A stretch of DNA of 64,000 nucleotides from a virus. The notes under the pieces are model-generated. The model saw only the letters and a program-made list of their open reading frames with translations, searched no databases and was not told where the DNA came from. The DNA is taken from positions 1 through 64,000 of the IMG/VR virus record IMGVR_UViG_3300033148_002122, one strand, 5' to 3'. Of the stretch, positions 1-8,201 are shown one piece after another; position 1 is the stretch's first letter, and every line of letters begins with the position of its first letter. The translations under genes and the position numbers were made by a program.

Positions 1-153
1 CATTCGTGTGGTCATGGCGATAGCGAAGCCAGTATGGTGTGCCAAGTGTGTTACGCTAGGGGTCCAACGGATTATATGCTAGAAAAATCGGCAGAAAAAC
101 TGTGGGAAACACGGGTAGGAGGCTTATGTTTAGTGAAAAACAATACAGAGTAG
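1..153 (+). CDS. 5'-truncated Lar-like (restriction alleviation) zinc-finger protein
   Basis: Frame 1 is open to TAG at 151-153: ...VCQVCYARGP...AEKLWETR, resembling the CxxC-ARGP...A...W-x-xR C-terminal half of Lar family proteins. Not in the ORF track. Confidence 0.5.
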   Translation, partial: HSCGHGDSEASMVCQVCYARGPTDYMLEKSAEKLWETRVGGLCLVKNNTE

Positions 154-398
154 TAAAACGGGTACGAGGTGATGACACTACTACCTATACACCCCAGGCA
201 GCACTAGAAATCAGGGGACAAACAGTGTGGTGTGACTTTTGTGGCAGCTACCCATGTGATCTAGACAGTCGAGCGTATAACACCAGTACCGTAATGGTCT
301 TTTCTACCTTATCAGAGGCAAAAGATTTTATTCATGCGTATAAGACCAGTCTGATGCGTCAAAAAATCGTTTCAATCACGTACATAGAGGTAGACTAA
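126..398 (+). CDS. hypothetical protein
   Basis: ATG at 126 follows GGAGG (track start 102); stop overlaps next start (TAATG). Confidence 0.6.
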   Translation: MFSEKQYRVVKRVRGDDTTTYTPQAALEIRGQTVWCDFCGSYPCDLDSRAYNTSTVMVFSTLSEAKDFIHAYKTSLMRQKIVSITYIEVD

Positions 399-778
399 TG
401 ACAGGCTCTAGAAGTGAGATTCGGCGGGATTGTGTTCAGCGTCCGTTCGACGCAGCAGCCAGAGTTATTGAGCTTGAGGCCGAGGCGGAAGAGTTGAAAA
501 AACGTCCAGACTATATAGAAATGGCTAAAAAAATTAGGTACTTCAAGGACAGGGTGGAGGAGCTAGAGGGTGTAAACTCCTATGGCCGAGCGTGTATTGT
601 TAATGATAGACTTAGGACTAATCTTGCCGAAGCCGTACAGTTGTTTGAGGTTATTGGCTTCAGTCCTGAGCATGATCCACAACAATGTGACTGTGGTGAT
701 CCAACGGGGGAGACACAGGGCTGTGCAGCCTGCGTTGTAGCCAACTGGATTGCAAGCTGGGTGGGGAACCTGATATAG
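398..778 (+). CDS. hypothetical protein (coiled coil plus Cys cluster)
   Basis: Translationally coupled ORF; CxC...CxxC near the C-terminus. Confidence 0.6.
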   Translation: MTGSRSEIRRDCVQRPFDAAARVIELEAEAEELKKRPDYIEMAKKIRYFKDRVEELEGVNSYGRACIVNDRLRTNLAEAVQLFEVIGFSPEHDPQQCDCGDPTGETQGCAACVVANWIASWVGNLI

Positions 779-850
779 AGATAACCGAGAGCGATGAACC
801 CTGGTCGTGGTACTGCACACTGTCCTAGAACGAGATATTTGGAGGAAGCA

Positions 851-1846
851 ATGGAATTAACAAAAATAAAAAGGAAATTCACGGTTATAGTCACTGGTGT
901 TACAGGCTTTGCAGGCAGTCACTTGGCTGAATTGTTGTTAAGACACTCTGAGTACTCAGTTGTGGGTACAACCCGATGGCGGTCCAGTCCAGACAATATT
1001 AAGGACTTGTTAGCCCAGGGGTTAACGCTATACCCCTGTGATATAACAGACGCCTCAAGCGTAAGAGAGTTGGTACAAAGGTATCACCCTGATATGATAT
1101 ACCACTTGGCTGCCCAGAGCTTTGTACCCGATAGTTGGAATAGCCCAGCGCACACACTGACTACAAACATAATTGGTGAACTTAATTTGTTTGAGGCAGT
1201 TAGATCCAAGACTATTAATGACTCACAACCTGGGTGTAAAATTTTGGTAGCTGGTTCGTCAGAAGAGTATGGGCTGGTTAATCCGAATGAAACTCCTATA
1301 CTAGAGACAAATGAGTTGCGTCCAATGAGTCCCTACGGTGTTTCAAAAATTGGTCAGGACTTTCTGGCCTATCAATACTGGCAAAGCTATGGCATAAAAG
1401 TAGTTAGAGCCAGGGCGTTTAATCACACTGGACCCCGTAGGCATCCAGCCTTTGTATGCTCTAACTTTGCAAAACAAATAGCAATTATAGAAAAAATCGG
1501 ACACGGCGTTATCCACGTTGGTGACTTAACAGCGGTTAGAGACTTTACGGACGTTCGTGACACCGTAAGGGCATACCACTCGCTAATGCTGTTGGGGCAG
1601 CCAGGAGAAGTCTACAACATCTGCTCTGGCGTCGGTCATACTATCTCCTCAGTGCTTACTACTCTGATGCAAATGTCTTCGGCAGAAATAGATACTGAGA
1701 TAGATGAGTCTAGGCTCAGACCCTCTGACGTACCTATTCTGATTGGTGATTGTCAAAAACTTAAGTCCGTAACAGACTGGGAACCACTTACTCCGTTTAA
1801 ACAAACACTTGAGGATCTTCTAAACTATTGGAGGGAAAGGGTATGA
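851..1846 (+). CDS. GDP-mannose 4,6-dehydratase / GDP-4-keto-6-deoxymannose reductase (Gmd/Rmd family SDR)
   Basis: GVTGFAG Rossmann motif, HLAAQSFV, GSSEEYG, SPYGVSK (YxxxK), RAFNHTGP, RDFTDVRD, RPSD. ATG at 851 follows GGAGG (track start 794). GSSEEYG and NHTGP look more Rmd-like than Gmd-like. Confidence 0.88.
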   Translation: MELTKIKRKFTVIVTGVTGFAGSHLAELLLRHSEYSVVGTTRWRSSPDNIKDLLAQGLTLYPCDITDASSVRELVQRYHPDMIYHLAAQSFVPDSWNSPAHTLTTNIIGELNLFEAVRSKTINDSQPGCKILVAGSSEEYGLVNPNETPILETNELRPMSPYGVSKIGQDFLAYQYWQSYGIKVVRARAFNHTGPRRHPAFVCSNFAKQIAIIEKIGHGVIHVGDLTAVRDFTDVRDTVRAYHSLMLLGQPGEVYNICSGVGHTISSVLTTLMQMSSAEIDTEIDESRLRPSDVPILIGDCQKLKSVTDWEPLTPFKQTLEDLLNYWRERV

Positions 1847-2070
1847 AACGATTAACTCCGCTCAGAGAATTTAATGACGCACGATCTGCACAGGCTTTTC
1901 GAGGAAGTTGGAGGATAGGAGAAAAACAATTGTGTGTAAATGGATTGGCCTGTCCAGAATGTGGTGAGGAACTATATGACGTTAATCCAGACATGGTACT
2001 AACCAGTATGCCTCCTCAGTTAAATGTAGCGTGTACTAACTGTGTATGGAAAGGCTTTAGGTATAAGTAA
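1843..2070 (+). CDS. small zinc-ribbon protein
   Basis: CPECG...CTNC; ATGA overlap with the upstream stop. Confidence 0.6.
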   Translation: MKRLTPLREFNDARSAQAFRGSWRIGEKQLCVNGLACPECGEELYDVNPDMVLTSMPPQLNVACTNCVWKGFRYK

Positions 2071-2393
2071 TGAGTGCTAACAGCAGGGATAACTTATTAT
2101 TCTATACGGCTTTAACTATTACTGCGTTAATCATGCTTACACTAGGTACATGCGGGGGCAAGTATGCCTACAAAAGTCCATTCTATGCACATGTGTACGA
2201 CGATAAGTACATGGAAGTATATTCTCCAAAATTTATTGCCTACTTTGGAGAGTCTAGCGTAGATAGCATAACCCAGGAGTTACTATCTAGTGGTTGGGAG
2301 TACCTACCCTGTGAGGCCAAACCAAATAATACAGCCGTGGGCTACATAGATACGTGTGCAATTGACATAAAGCAGATAAAGGCAGCCTACTAA
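2070..2393 (+). CDS. hypothetical membrane-anchored protein
   Basis: N-terminal hydrophobic segment followed by Cys; TAATG coupling. Confidence 0.55.
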   Translation: MSANSRDNLLFYTALTITALIMLTLGTCGGKYAYKSPFYAHVYDDKYMEVYSPKFIAYFGESSVDSITQELLSSGWEYLPCEAKPNNTAVGYIDTCAIDIKQIKAAY

Positions 2394-2761
2394 TGAAGTT
2401 AGACAACATACAGAAAAAGATAGGCTTAGTACTAGCTGTGGCTGCCATGCTTACTGTTCTGGGTGGTTACTGGGCTAAGTACGGTCCACCCTCTCGTAAT
2501 GATCTTACTAAGCTGGAGTTACGTCAGGCAGAGATGGGTATAGAAATATATTCCAACAGACTAAGAGAACTACAACGTGCAGAAATCTCAATGATAGAAA
2601 AATTAGACCAACAGCGTAGACTTCCAGAAGAACAAAAGAATAAGGATCTTATTCGTATGCTACAGGAAAGTATTGTAGAAATACAGACAGAAAAAGCTAG
2701 TGCTGGGGGCAAGCGTGACTTGTTTGAACAACGTGCATTGGAGTTGAAGGATGAACGATAA
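2393..2761 (+). CDS. single-TM coiled-coil protein
   Basis: N-terminal TM (IGLVLAVAAMLTVLGG) then a heptad-rich charged region. Confidence 0.6.
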   Translation: MKLDNIQKKIGLVLAVAAMLTVLGGYWAKYGPPSRNDLTKLELRQAEMGIEIYSNRLRELQRAEISMIEKLDQQRRLPEEQKNKDLIRMLQESIVEIQTEKASAGGKRDLFEQRALELKDER

Positions 2762-2894
2762 CGAAAAAATTGAGTTAATGCTTGACATACAGGACAAACT
2801 GATGTACAATTCTAAAGACTTGGATATCAGGATTTCTACAATGTTGGATACAGACTTATTTGATTTACTAGGAAATGAGGATGAGGATGAATAG
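2751..2894 (+). CDS. small acidic hypothetical protein (47 aa)
   Basis: MNDNEKIELMLDIQ...NEDEDE; GGAG upstream; overlaps both neighbours; below the track cutoff. Confidence 0.5.
   Translation: MNDNEKIELMLDIQDKLMYNSKDLDIRISTMLDTDLFDLLGNEDEDE
2782..2810 (+). promoter_or_regulatory. sigma70-type promoter candidate
   Basis: TTGACA-17 bp-TACAAT. It lies inside a small ORF, so it could be coincidental. Confidence 0.45.
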
Positions 2895-3090
2895 TATACG
2901 ATTGTCTAATGATTCTATGAACTCACTATTTGGTTTTTTAGAAATTTTTACCTATACAGAATTGGTTAAACTATGTGAAGGCTGTGAGATTGACCGAAGA
3001 ACTATATCAGAATATGATTCAGCGTTTGATGAACTATATGATCAGCTATGTAAGGTAAGAGATAAGGCAATAAAAATTGAAAAGAATTAA
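2887..3090 (+). CDS. hypothetical protein
   Basis: ATG after GAGG, overlapping the upstream stop (track start 2875). Confidence 0.5.
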   Translation: MNSIRLSNDSMNSLFGFLEIFTYTELVKLCEGCEIDRRTISEYDSAFDELYDQLCKVRDKAIKIEKN

Positions 3091-3277
3091 AAAACAAAAC
3101 ACAATAGAGTACAAAATATTTAGAGAAATTCCAGACATTCCAATACGTAGAAAAGGATCTAGGGTAACAAATATAGGTAAGGGTAAGATCTGGTGGGCAG
3201 GCTGGGTATGTAGTGCCTGTGGTGGAAAATGGATAGAGTACGAAGATGCTAATGCACATCAGTGTACGGGAGGTTAG
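3077..3277 (+). CDS. small basic Zn-finger-like protein
   Basis: CSACG...HQC motif. Confidence 0.5.
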   Translation: MKRIKKQNTIEYKIFREIPDIPIRRKGSRVTNIGKGKIWWAGWVCSACGGKWIEYEDANAHQCTGG

Positions 3278-3278
3278 T

Positions 3279-3491
3279 ATGAAGTCTGAAATTATGAGCG
3301 TAGAAGAACTTAAAAAAGCATCCAAGCGTTATCTAACCTTATCACGTAATTGGGATAACCTAGCGTATGAGGCAAAACAAGATGGTCTGCTAGACAATCA
3401 TTTAATAGTGTCTGTACTCTATAGTGAGGCATCACAGGCTGTTGATGAACTTGTAAATATTCTAGCAGATTTGGAAGATGAACTTCCTTAA
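3279..3491 (+). CDS. hypothetical protein
   Basis: ATG at 3279 after GGGAGG (track start 3246). Confidence 0.55.
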   Translation: MKSEIMSVEELKKASKRYLTLSRNWDNLAYEAKQDGLLDNHLIVSVLYSEASQAVDELVNILADLEDELP

Positions 3492-3577
3492 GGGATGATC
3501 GCATAATCAGGTATTGCACCTGTTTTGAAAGCAGGCAAGGCCGTGAGGCCATTGGGGTTCGAATCCCTATCATCCCG
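3492..3577 (+). tRNA. tRNA-Ser(UGA)
   Basis: Acceptor GGGATGA/TCATCCC, anticodon stem CCTGT/GCAGG with loop TTTGAAA, long variable arm GGCC-GTGA-GGCC, T-loop TTCGAAT, discriminator G. Confidence 0.92.
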
Positions 3578-3595
3578 CCTTTGAGGGGGGATACT

Positions 3596-3688
3596 ATGAA
3601 AAAAAGATGTAGTATGAGCGAAGCAATAGACTGTTTAATTATGGCTATAATTTTGTGTATTTTTATATGCTTAATTAGTACATGTTAG
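3596..3688 (+). CDS. 30-aa hydrophobic peptide
   Basis: MKKRCSMSEAIDCLIMAIILCIFICLISTC after GAGGGGGG; below the track cutoff. Confidence 0.4.
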   Translation: MKKRCSMSEAIDCLIMAIILCIFICLISTC

Positions 3689-3701
3689 GAAGAGGTATGG
3701 T

Positions 3702-3986
3702 ATGAACTGCAAAACATGTGAAAAGAGTTTCCATTATTGTTCTAGCTGTGAGATGGATCTTGCGAGTTATAGAGGATATTGTTCCAGCAAATGCTTTGAA
3801 GAAAGTGAAACGTATATGTTAGGGTGGATGAAGCTATACAGATTTATGCGTAATCTATCAGCAGGACAGACAAAAATGTTTAAGGAATTAATGTGTGCAG
3901 ACCAAGACTCTGACGGAGAATACTGGGATTTTGTAGAAAACTATTTTGATAGATGGATAAAAGAAATAGAGGAGAAGCTTAATTGA
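3702..3986 (+). CDS. Cys-rich hypothetical protein
   Basis: CxxC...CxxC...CxxxC at the N-terminus; GAGG RBS. Confidence 0.6.
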   Translation: MNCKTCEKSFHYCSSCEMDLASYRGYCSSKCFEESETYMLGWMKLYRFMRNLSAGQTKMFKELMCADQDSDGEYWDFVENYFDRWIKEIEEKLN

Positions 3987-4177
3987 GGTTTGTAGTTAAG
4001 TACTGCGACTTATGCGAAACAGACTATGTAGAATGTCCACGATGTAAAAATAATTGTTGTAGTGGTGGATACGGCGTAGTAGATGATGAGGAGTGTGATG
4101 TGTGCCCATTGGCATACCAATTTCAGGACTTGTATTGGTCAGTCAGATACCCAGAATTGGAAGTAGAGTTGGATTAA
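3983..4177 (+). CDS. Cys-rich zinc-binding hypothetical protein
   Basis: Multiple CxxC; TTGA overlap with the upstream stop. Confidence 0.55.
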   Translation: MRFVVKYCDLCETDYVECPRCKNNCCSGGYGVVDDEECDVCPLAYQFQDLYWSVRYPELEVELD

Positions 4178-4220
4178 TTCTTGCTTGGTTGAGGTGACTC
4201 AATCATGAAAGGAGGACACC

Positions 4221-4274
4221 ATGCTTAATTTTAAGCTGGATCTATTAGATCTGTTTTGGTGGCTGAAAGACTAG
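4221..4274 (+). CDS. 17-aa peptide MLNFKLDLLDLFWWLKD
   Basis: Very strong SD (GAAAGGAGG) 6 nt upstream; followed by two GC-rich hairpins. Confidence 0.45.
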   Translation: MLNFKLDLLDLFWWLKD

Positions 4275-4287
4275 TTATTAGATAGCT

Positions 4288-4349
4288 AGGGGGAGGCAAC
4301 TATTGTTCGCCTCCCCTTACAAGGGGGCGGGAAGAAATTACTTCCCGCC
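4288..4349 (+). terminator. tandem GC-rich hairpins (terminator or processing site) before tRNA-Pro
   Basis: GGGGAGGC...GCCTCCCC (4288-4318) and GGCGGGAAG-6-CTTCCCGCC (4326-4349); only a weak U-tract follows. Confidence 0.5.
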
Positions 4350-4355
4350 GCTTAT

Positions 4356-4429
4356 CTGGGCATAGCGCAGTCCGGTAGCGCACTGGCTTTGGGTGTCAGT
4401 TGTCGGGGGTTCGAATCCCTCTGTCCAGA
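4356..4429 (+). tRNA. tRNA-Pro(UGG)
   Basis: Acceptor CTGGGCA/TGTCCAG (C1-G72, A73), D-arm GCGC...GCGC, anticodon loop TTTGGGT, T-arm GGGGG-TTCGAAT-CCCTC. Confidence 0.93.
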
Positions 4430-4472
4430 CCTGGATATGAAATATTGGTGAAGCTAAATTTGGAGGATTGGT

Positions 4473-4661
4473 ATGGAAGAATACTTAAAATTAATTGAGA
4501 AGTCTATGATTAAAGCTCTTAATAACTTGCATGAGTTTAACGTAGGAAAAGCAAGTCAGGAGCTAGGTGCTACTCTTGGTACTATACGTACTAAATTACT
4601 TGAGCTTAAGCAACTCAGGATTGACTTTGAGGTAGGAGATACTCATGAAGAGGAGAGGTAG
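4473..4661 (+). CDS. hypothetical protein
   Basis: GGAGG RBS; ORF track. Confidence 0.6.
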   Translation: MEEYLKLIEKSMIKALNNLHEFNVGKASQELGATLGTIRTKLLELKQLRIDFEVGDTHEEER

Positions 4662-5439
4662 GCCAAAGTGTTCTACTGAGTATGATAAAGAATTAGGTAA
4701 ACCTGTTCATGTACCAGAAAATTATAAAGGTTCACCCTGGGCGTATCACTGGAGAAAAGATCTTATAGACTTGGGTGAAGAAGGTCATCACGTAATAAAA
4801 GAAATTAACGACAAACGATCTAAGTACATGAAGCACCATATATGGGCTATGGGAGACTTGTCATTAATGGAAAAGCCTTTCATAGTAGCCTTTACGGGTA
4901 GAAACTGGAAGTGTCCAAAAGAAGAACGTGAAATTGGAAAGAAAATAGTTACAAGAATGTCTGAATTTGGTATACTACCCATACATGGTAATGACAGCGG
5001 AACAGAACGTGCTTCTGGCAGGTATTTAAGAGAACAGCATGGAAGTCAAATACTCGTTCCATACTATGGTCTAATCGAATTTAAAAATCAATACGGAAGT
5101 AAGATGTGTTGGTCCATAGCTCAAGGTCATACACTAGTACTTAGCATCTTTGCTATATTCGAACACTGGAAACTACGTAATGTAGAAAAGAGAAACATCT
5201 TTATCTCTGAACTTGCTGATGCCATGATTGCCGTTCAGCTTACAGACGAAAACGCTGGGGGACACCTAGCATTTCAAATGTTAGCCAAGGGAAAGCCCGT
5301 ATATATCATGAGCGCAGAGGGAAGGCCGCAGTATTGTCAGGATGATCATGAAATTTTTAAGAAAAAAGGTGCTATTGAGTTCAGAGAGCATGAGTTAGAC
5401 TACATACTCAGGACAATTAAGGGGTCACTTAGTGAATAA
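4645..5439 (+). CDS. DprA/SMF-like SLOG-superfamily protein with N-terminal AT-hook-like motif
   Basis: KRRGRPK N-terminus; IVAFTG-R, RNIFISELADAMIAV, GG...GKPVYI, GAIEF resemble the DprA/SLOG Rossmann core. Confidence 0.6.
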   Translation: MKRRGRPKCSTEYDKELGKPVHVPENYKGSPWAYHWRKDLIDLGEEGHHVIKEINDKRSKYMKHHIWAMGDLSLMEKPFIVAFTGRNWKCPKEEREIGKKIVTRMSEFGILPIHGNDSGTERASGRYLREQHGSQILVPYYGLIEFKNQYGSKMCWSIAQGHTLVLSIFAIFEHWKLRNVEKRNIFISELADAMIAVQLTDENAGGHLAFQMLAKGKPVYIMSAEGRPQYCQDDHEIFKKKGAIEFREHELDYILRTIKGSLSE

Positions 5440-5746
5440 AGAAGATTTCTTGTGGTGTTTGAGCAAATGTCTTGGTGAAATTAACCTATATCTTGAATTT
5501 AGGGAGTCTTTAACAGGAGATATAGCAGTATTAGGCTGTTCTGGGGCAGAATACACACCATTAGTACTAGAAAATCAGGGAAAATGGGAGTCAATAGCAG
5601 ATTTTAGTCATAAATACAAAGGTTTTGTTATAGAATACTTCACAATTCCAGAAGAAACAGAAGAAAAACAGGAGTTAAAACAACTTTTAGACAGTTTATT
5701 AAGAGAATATGTTGGTTATATTAACGAATATGAGGAGTCTAAATGA
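5432..5746 (+). CDS. hypothetical protein
   Basis: Coupled ORF within the operon. Confidence 0.55.
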   Translation: MNKEDFLWCLSKCLGEINLYLEFRESLTGDIAVLGCSGAEYTPLVLENQGKWESIADFSHKYKGFVIEYFTIPEETEEKQELKQLLDSLLREYVGYINEYEESK

Positions 5747-6219
5747 ATGAAAAACCCTCTTGGACAGACACATTTATGGAAGTTGCTGGTGTTTTTGCGA
5801 AAAGATCTGAGTTACCCACTAGAGTTGGTGCCGTAATAGTTCAGGACAAGAGAGTTGTTTCAGTGGGATATAATGGAAAACCAGCAGGATACCCTAATTT
5901 TAGGATAGGTCAATACCAATTAGATGAGATTCATGCCGAAATAAACGCAATATCCTTCGCTGCAAGGAAGGGAATTTCTACTGAAAAGGCACAAATGTAT
6001 GTTACGGTAAGACCATGTATGCATTGTGCTAAGGCTATTGTCCAGTCAGGTATAGAAGATATCTTCTGTTATGACAAAAAAGCTAAAGATCAAGATGCGT
6101 GTCCTGATGGATTAGACTTTCTGAGGAAGAATGGAATGTACATAACGATAGTTGAGGAAAAGGATGAGCCAGCTTTACAAGGACAAGATGATGAACAGCG
6201 ATGTGGGATTGACATTTGA
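5743..6219 (+). CDS. dCMP deaminase (ComEB family)
   Basis: VGAVIV, GYNG-P, HAEINAI and PCMHCAK Zn-binding motifs. Confidence 0.92.
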   Translation: MNEKPSWTDTFMEVAGVFAKRSELPTRVGAVIVQDKRVVSVGYNGKPAGYPNFRIGQYQLDEIHAEINAISFAARKGISTEKAQMYVTVRPCMHCAKAIVQSGIEDIFCYDKKAKDQDACPDGLDFLRKNGMYITIVEEKDEPALQGQDDEQRCGIDI

Positions 6220-7228
6220 TGACGTACTCATAGCCCCTCAAATCTCTTCTATACTAACTAGAGAAGAGTGTTCAACAGAACAAAACTTTTTTGGGACAAC
6301 TACGGCAAATCCATTAATACCTTCCAACATGGATACCATAACTGAGTCTGAAATGCTAGAAGCTACGTATGATCATGATATGATTGGTTTTCTACATAGG
6401 TATATGACCTTGGAAAAACAAGTTATGATGCTAAAAAAGGCTCTTGAAAACTACGGTGAGCCAACTTCACATTTTCCTCTTACTATTGGTGTTAATGAGA
6501 ACCTTGACGATCTTGATAAGGTATTTGGAGACATGCTGTACTCAACGGTTTTACTAGATGTTGCACACGCTGGAATAAAAAAGGCAGCTACGAGAGCATA
6601 TACTATAAAAAGAAACTATGGTGTAAAAGTTATAGCAGGAAACGTAGCTACTAGAGACTGTGCGCTAAGACTTGTTGACAGCGGTGTAGATGGTCTTAAA
6701 GTTGGTATTGGAAATGGGAGTATATGTTCTACTAGGTTAGTAACTGGTTGTGGTGTACCACAAATACATGCATTACTTGAGGTTAACAAAATAAGAAAAG
6801 ATAGAGGCTTAGACTACGATGACTTTATCATAATTTCGGATGGAGGAATCAATTATTATGGTGATATAGCCAAGGCAATAGTTGCTGGAGCAAATTTTGT
6901 TATGAGTGGAAAACTATTTGCTGGATGTTCAGAGACACCTGGATTAAACTTTTTACTTGACAGTGGACAACATAAGGTGTACCGTGGAATGGCTAGTAAA
7001 GAGGCTAGGATGGACTGGGGTGGAACACGTACTAATGGTGTAACTCCAGAGGGTGTATCAACAATAGTTCCGTCAAAAGGGTACATGGTTAAGGTAGCAA
7101 AAGAAGTTGAGGGTGCCCTTAAGTCAACTATGTCATACGTTGGAGTTAGATCACTGCGTGAACTGTATCTAGAAGGTAAGTTTATAACACAGACTAGTAA
7201 TGGTGTTAGAGAAGGTGAAACACGATGA
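6164..7228 (+). CDS. GMP reductase / IMPDH-family enzyme without CBS domains
   Basis: LTFDDVLIAP, NMDT, LDVAH, IAGNVAT, KVGIGNGSICSTR (catalytic Cys), SDGGI, YRGMAS, PEGVS. Lacks the IMPDH flap Arg-Tyr dyad, which favours GMP reductase. Confidence 0.85.
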   Translation: MSQLYKDKMMNSDVGLTFDDVLIAPQISSILTREECSTEQNFFGTTTANPLIPSNMDTITESEMLEATYDHDMIGFLHRYMTLEKQVMMLKKALENYGEPTSHFPLTIGVNENLDDLDKVFGDMLYSTVLLDVAHAGIKKAATRAYTIKRNYGVKVIAGNVATRDCALRLVDSGVDGLKVGIGNGSICSTRLVTGCGVPQIHALLEVNKIRKDRGLDYDDFIIISDGGINYYGDIAKAIVAGANFVMSGKLFAGCSETPGLNFLLDSGQHKVYRGMASKEARMDWGGTRTNGVTPEGVSTIVPSKGYMVKVAKEVEGALKSTMSYVGVRSLRELYLEGKFITQTSNGVREGETR

Positions 7229-7425
7229 TAAAATTAAGTAAGAAATTTAAAATAGGGAGATTTGGTCAAGACTCTGTAGATGAGGCAAAGTGGAGAGACA
7301 CGGAACAGAGGGTAATGCCAGTTTTCTTGGAAGAAGATGATATTATTAGTATACAAATGGCTCTGCTAACACTAGAAGAATACGAGAAAGGCGAACAATG
7401 GTTAATAATCCCAAAGCTACCGTAG
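7225..7425 (+). CDS. hypothetical protein
   Basis: ATGA-coupled small ORF. Confidence 0.5.
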   Translation: MIKLSKKFKIGRFGQDSVDEAKWRDTEQRVMPVFLEEDDIISIQMALLTLEEYEKGEQWLIIPKLP

Positions 7426-8201
7426 TTATACCAACACACAAGCTAGAATCGCGTGAGGGTAATGTTGTTAGCCTGCTTAGTAGTATTACCAAAGTCTGTG
7501 ACTCAGACTTATATCAGGTAGTAGTCATTATTAATAATCCAGTTCTTGCTAGATTATTTGGTGTTAGTAACACTAAAAAATATGATGTAATGCCTGGAAC
7601 AAACATAATGACTGTTAACTTGTTTGATAACTACGGTTTATCAACGGCATGGAATGCAGCGATAGAAGTAGCTAAGGGTGAATACCTAATGTTTATTAGT
7701 CATGACGTAATACTAACTGAACCAAATAATATTTTTGAAAAAATGATTGCCTTGAAAGAAACCTATGAGATTCTAGAAGATGATGAAGTCTTCGTATTTG
7801 GTGTTGAGGGTACAATCCAGACAGTTGGTAAAAGAGTTCGTATAGTGAATAGATATGAAAATGGTCAGTTTGTTAAAACACTTAGGGTTGATGAAGTCAG
7901 TGGTTTCCTATTTGGAATACACTCAAAGTATATGACAAAGAATTTCTTTGATGATAGTTTATCACCCTGTTTTTATGAAGAGTTGGATCTTTGTATGAGA
8001 GGAAGGGAACAGAAGCTATCAAATATTATTATACCTGGGATAAACTATAAGCATGAGTTCGGGATTAGTGCTAATAACCCGCGTACAACAATGCTTAAGT
8101 GGAAAACTCTAGATGGAATAGAGATGGAAGAATCACTATGGTCTATTAACAGGCGTAATAAGAGTCACTTAGAGGAAAAATGGGGTATTACTATTGGATA
8201 A
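7398..8201 (+). CDS. glycosyltransferase family 2
   Basis: VVIPT, NYGLSTAWN, AKGEYLMFISHDV (DxD variant), FYEELDLCMR. Confidence 0.85.
   Translation: MVNNPKATVVIPTHKLESREGNVVSLLSSITKVCDSDLYQVVVIINNPVLARLFGVSNTKKYDVMPGTNIMTVNLFDNYGLSTAWNAAIEVAKGEYLMFISHDVILTEPNNIFEKMIALKETYEILEDDEVFVFGVEGTIQTVGKRVRIVNRYENGQFVKTLRVDEVSGFLFGIHSKYMTKNFFDDSLSPCFYEELDLCMRGREQKLSNIIIPGINYKHEFGISANNPRTTMLKWKTLDGIEMEESLWSINRRNKSHLEEKWGITIG

Noticed and set aside
3492-3577. tRNA-Sec or suppressor tRNA
   Set aside because: The anticodon is UGA (reads UCA, Ser), not UCA, and the acceptor stem is a normal 7 bp.
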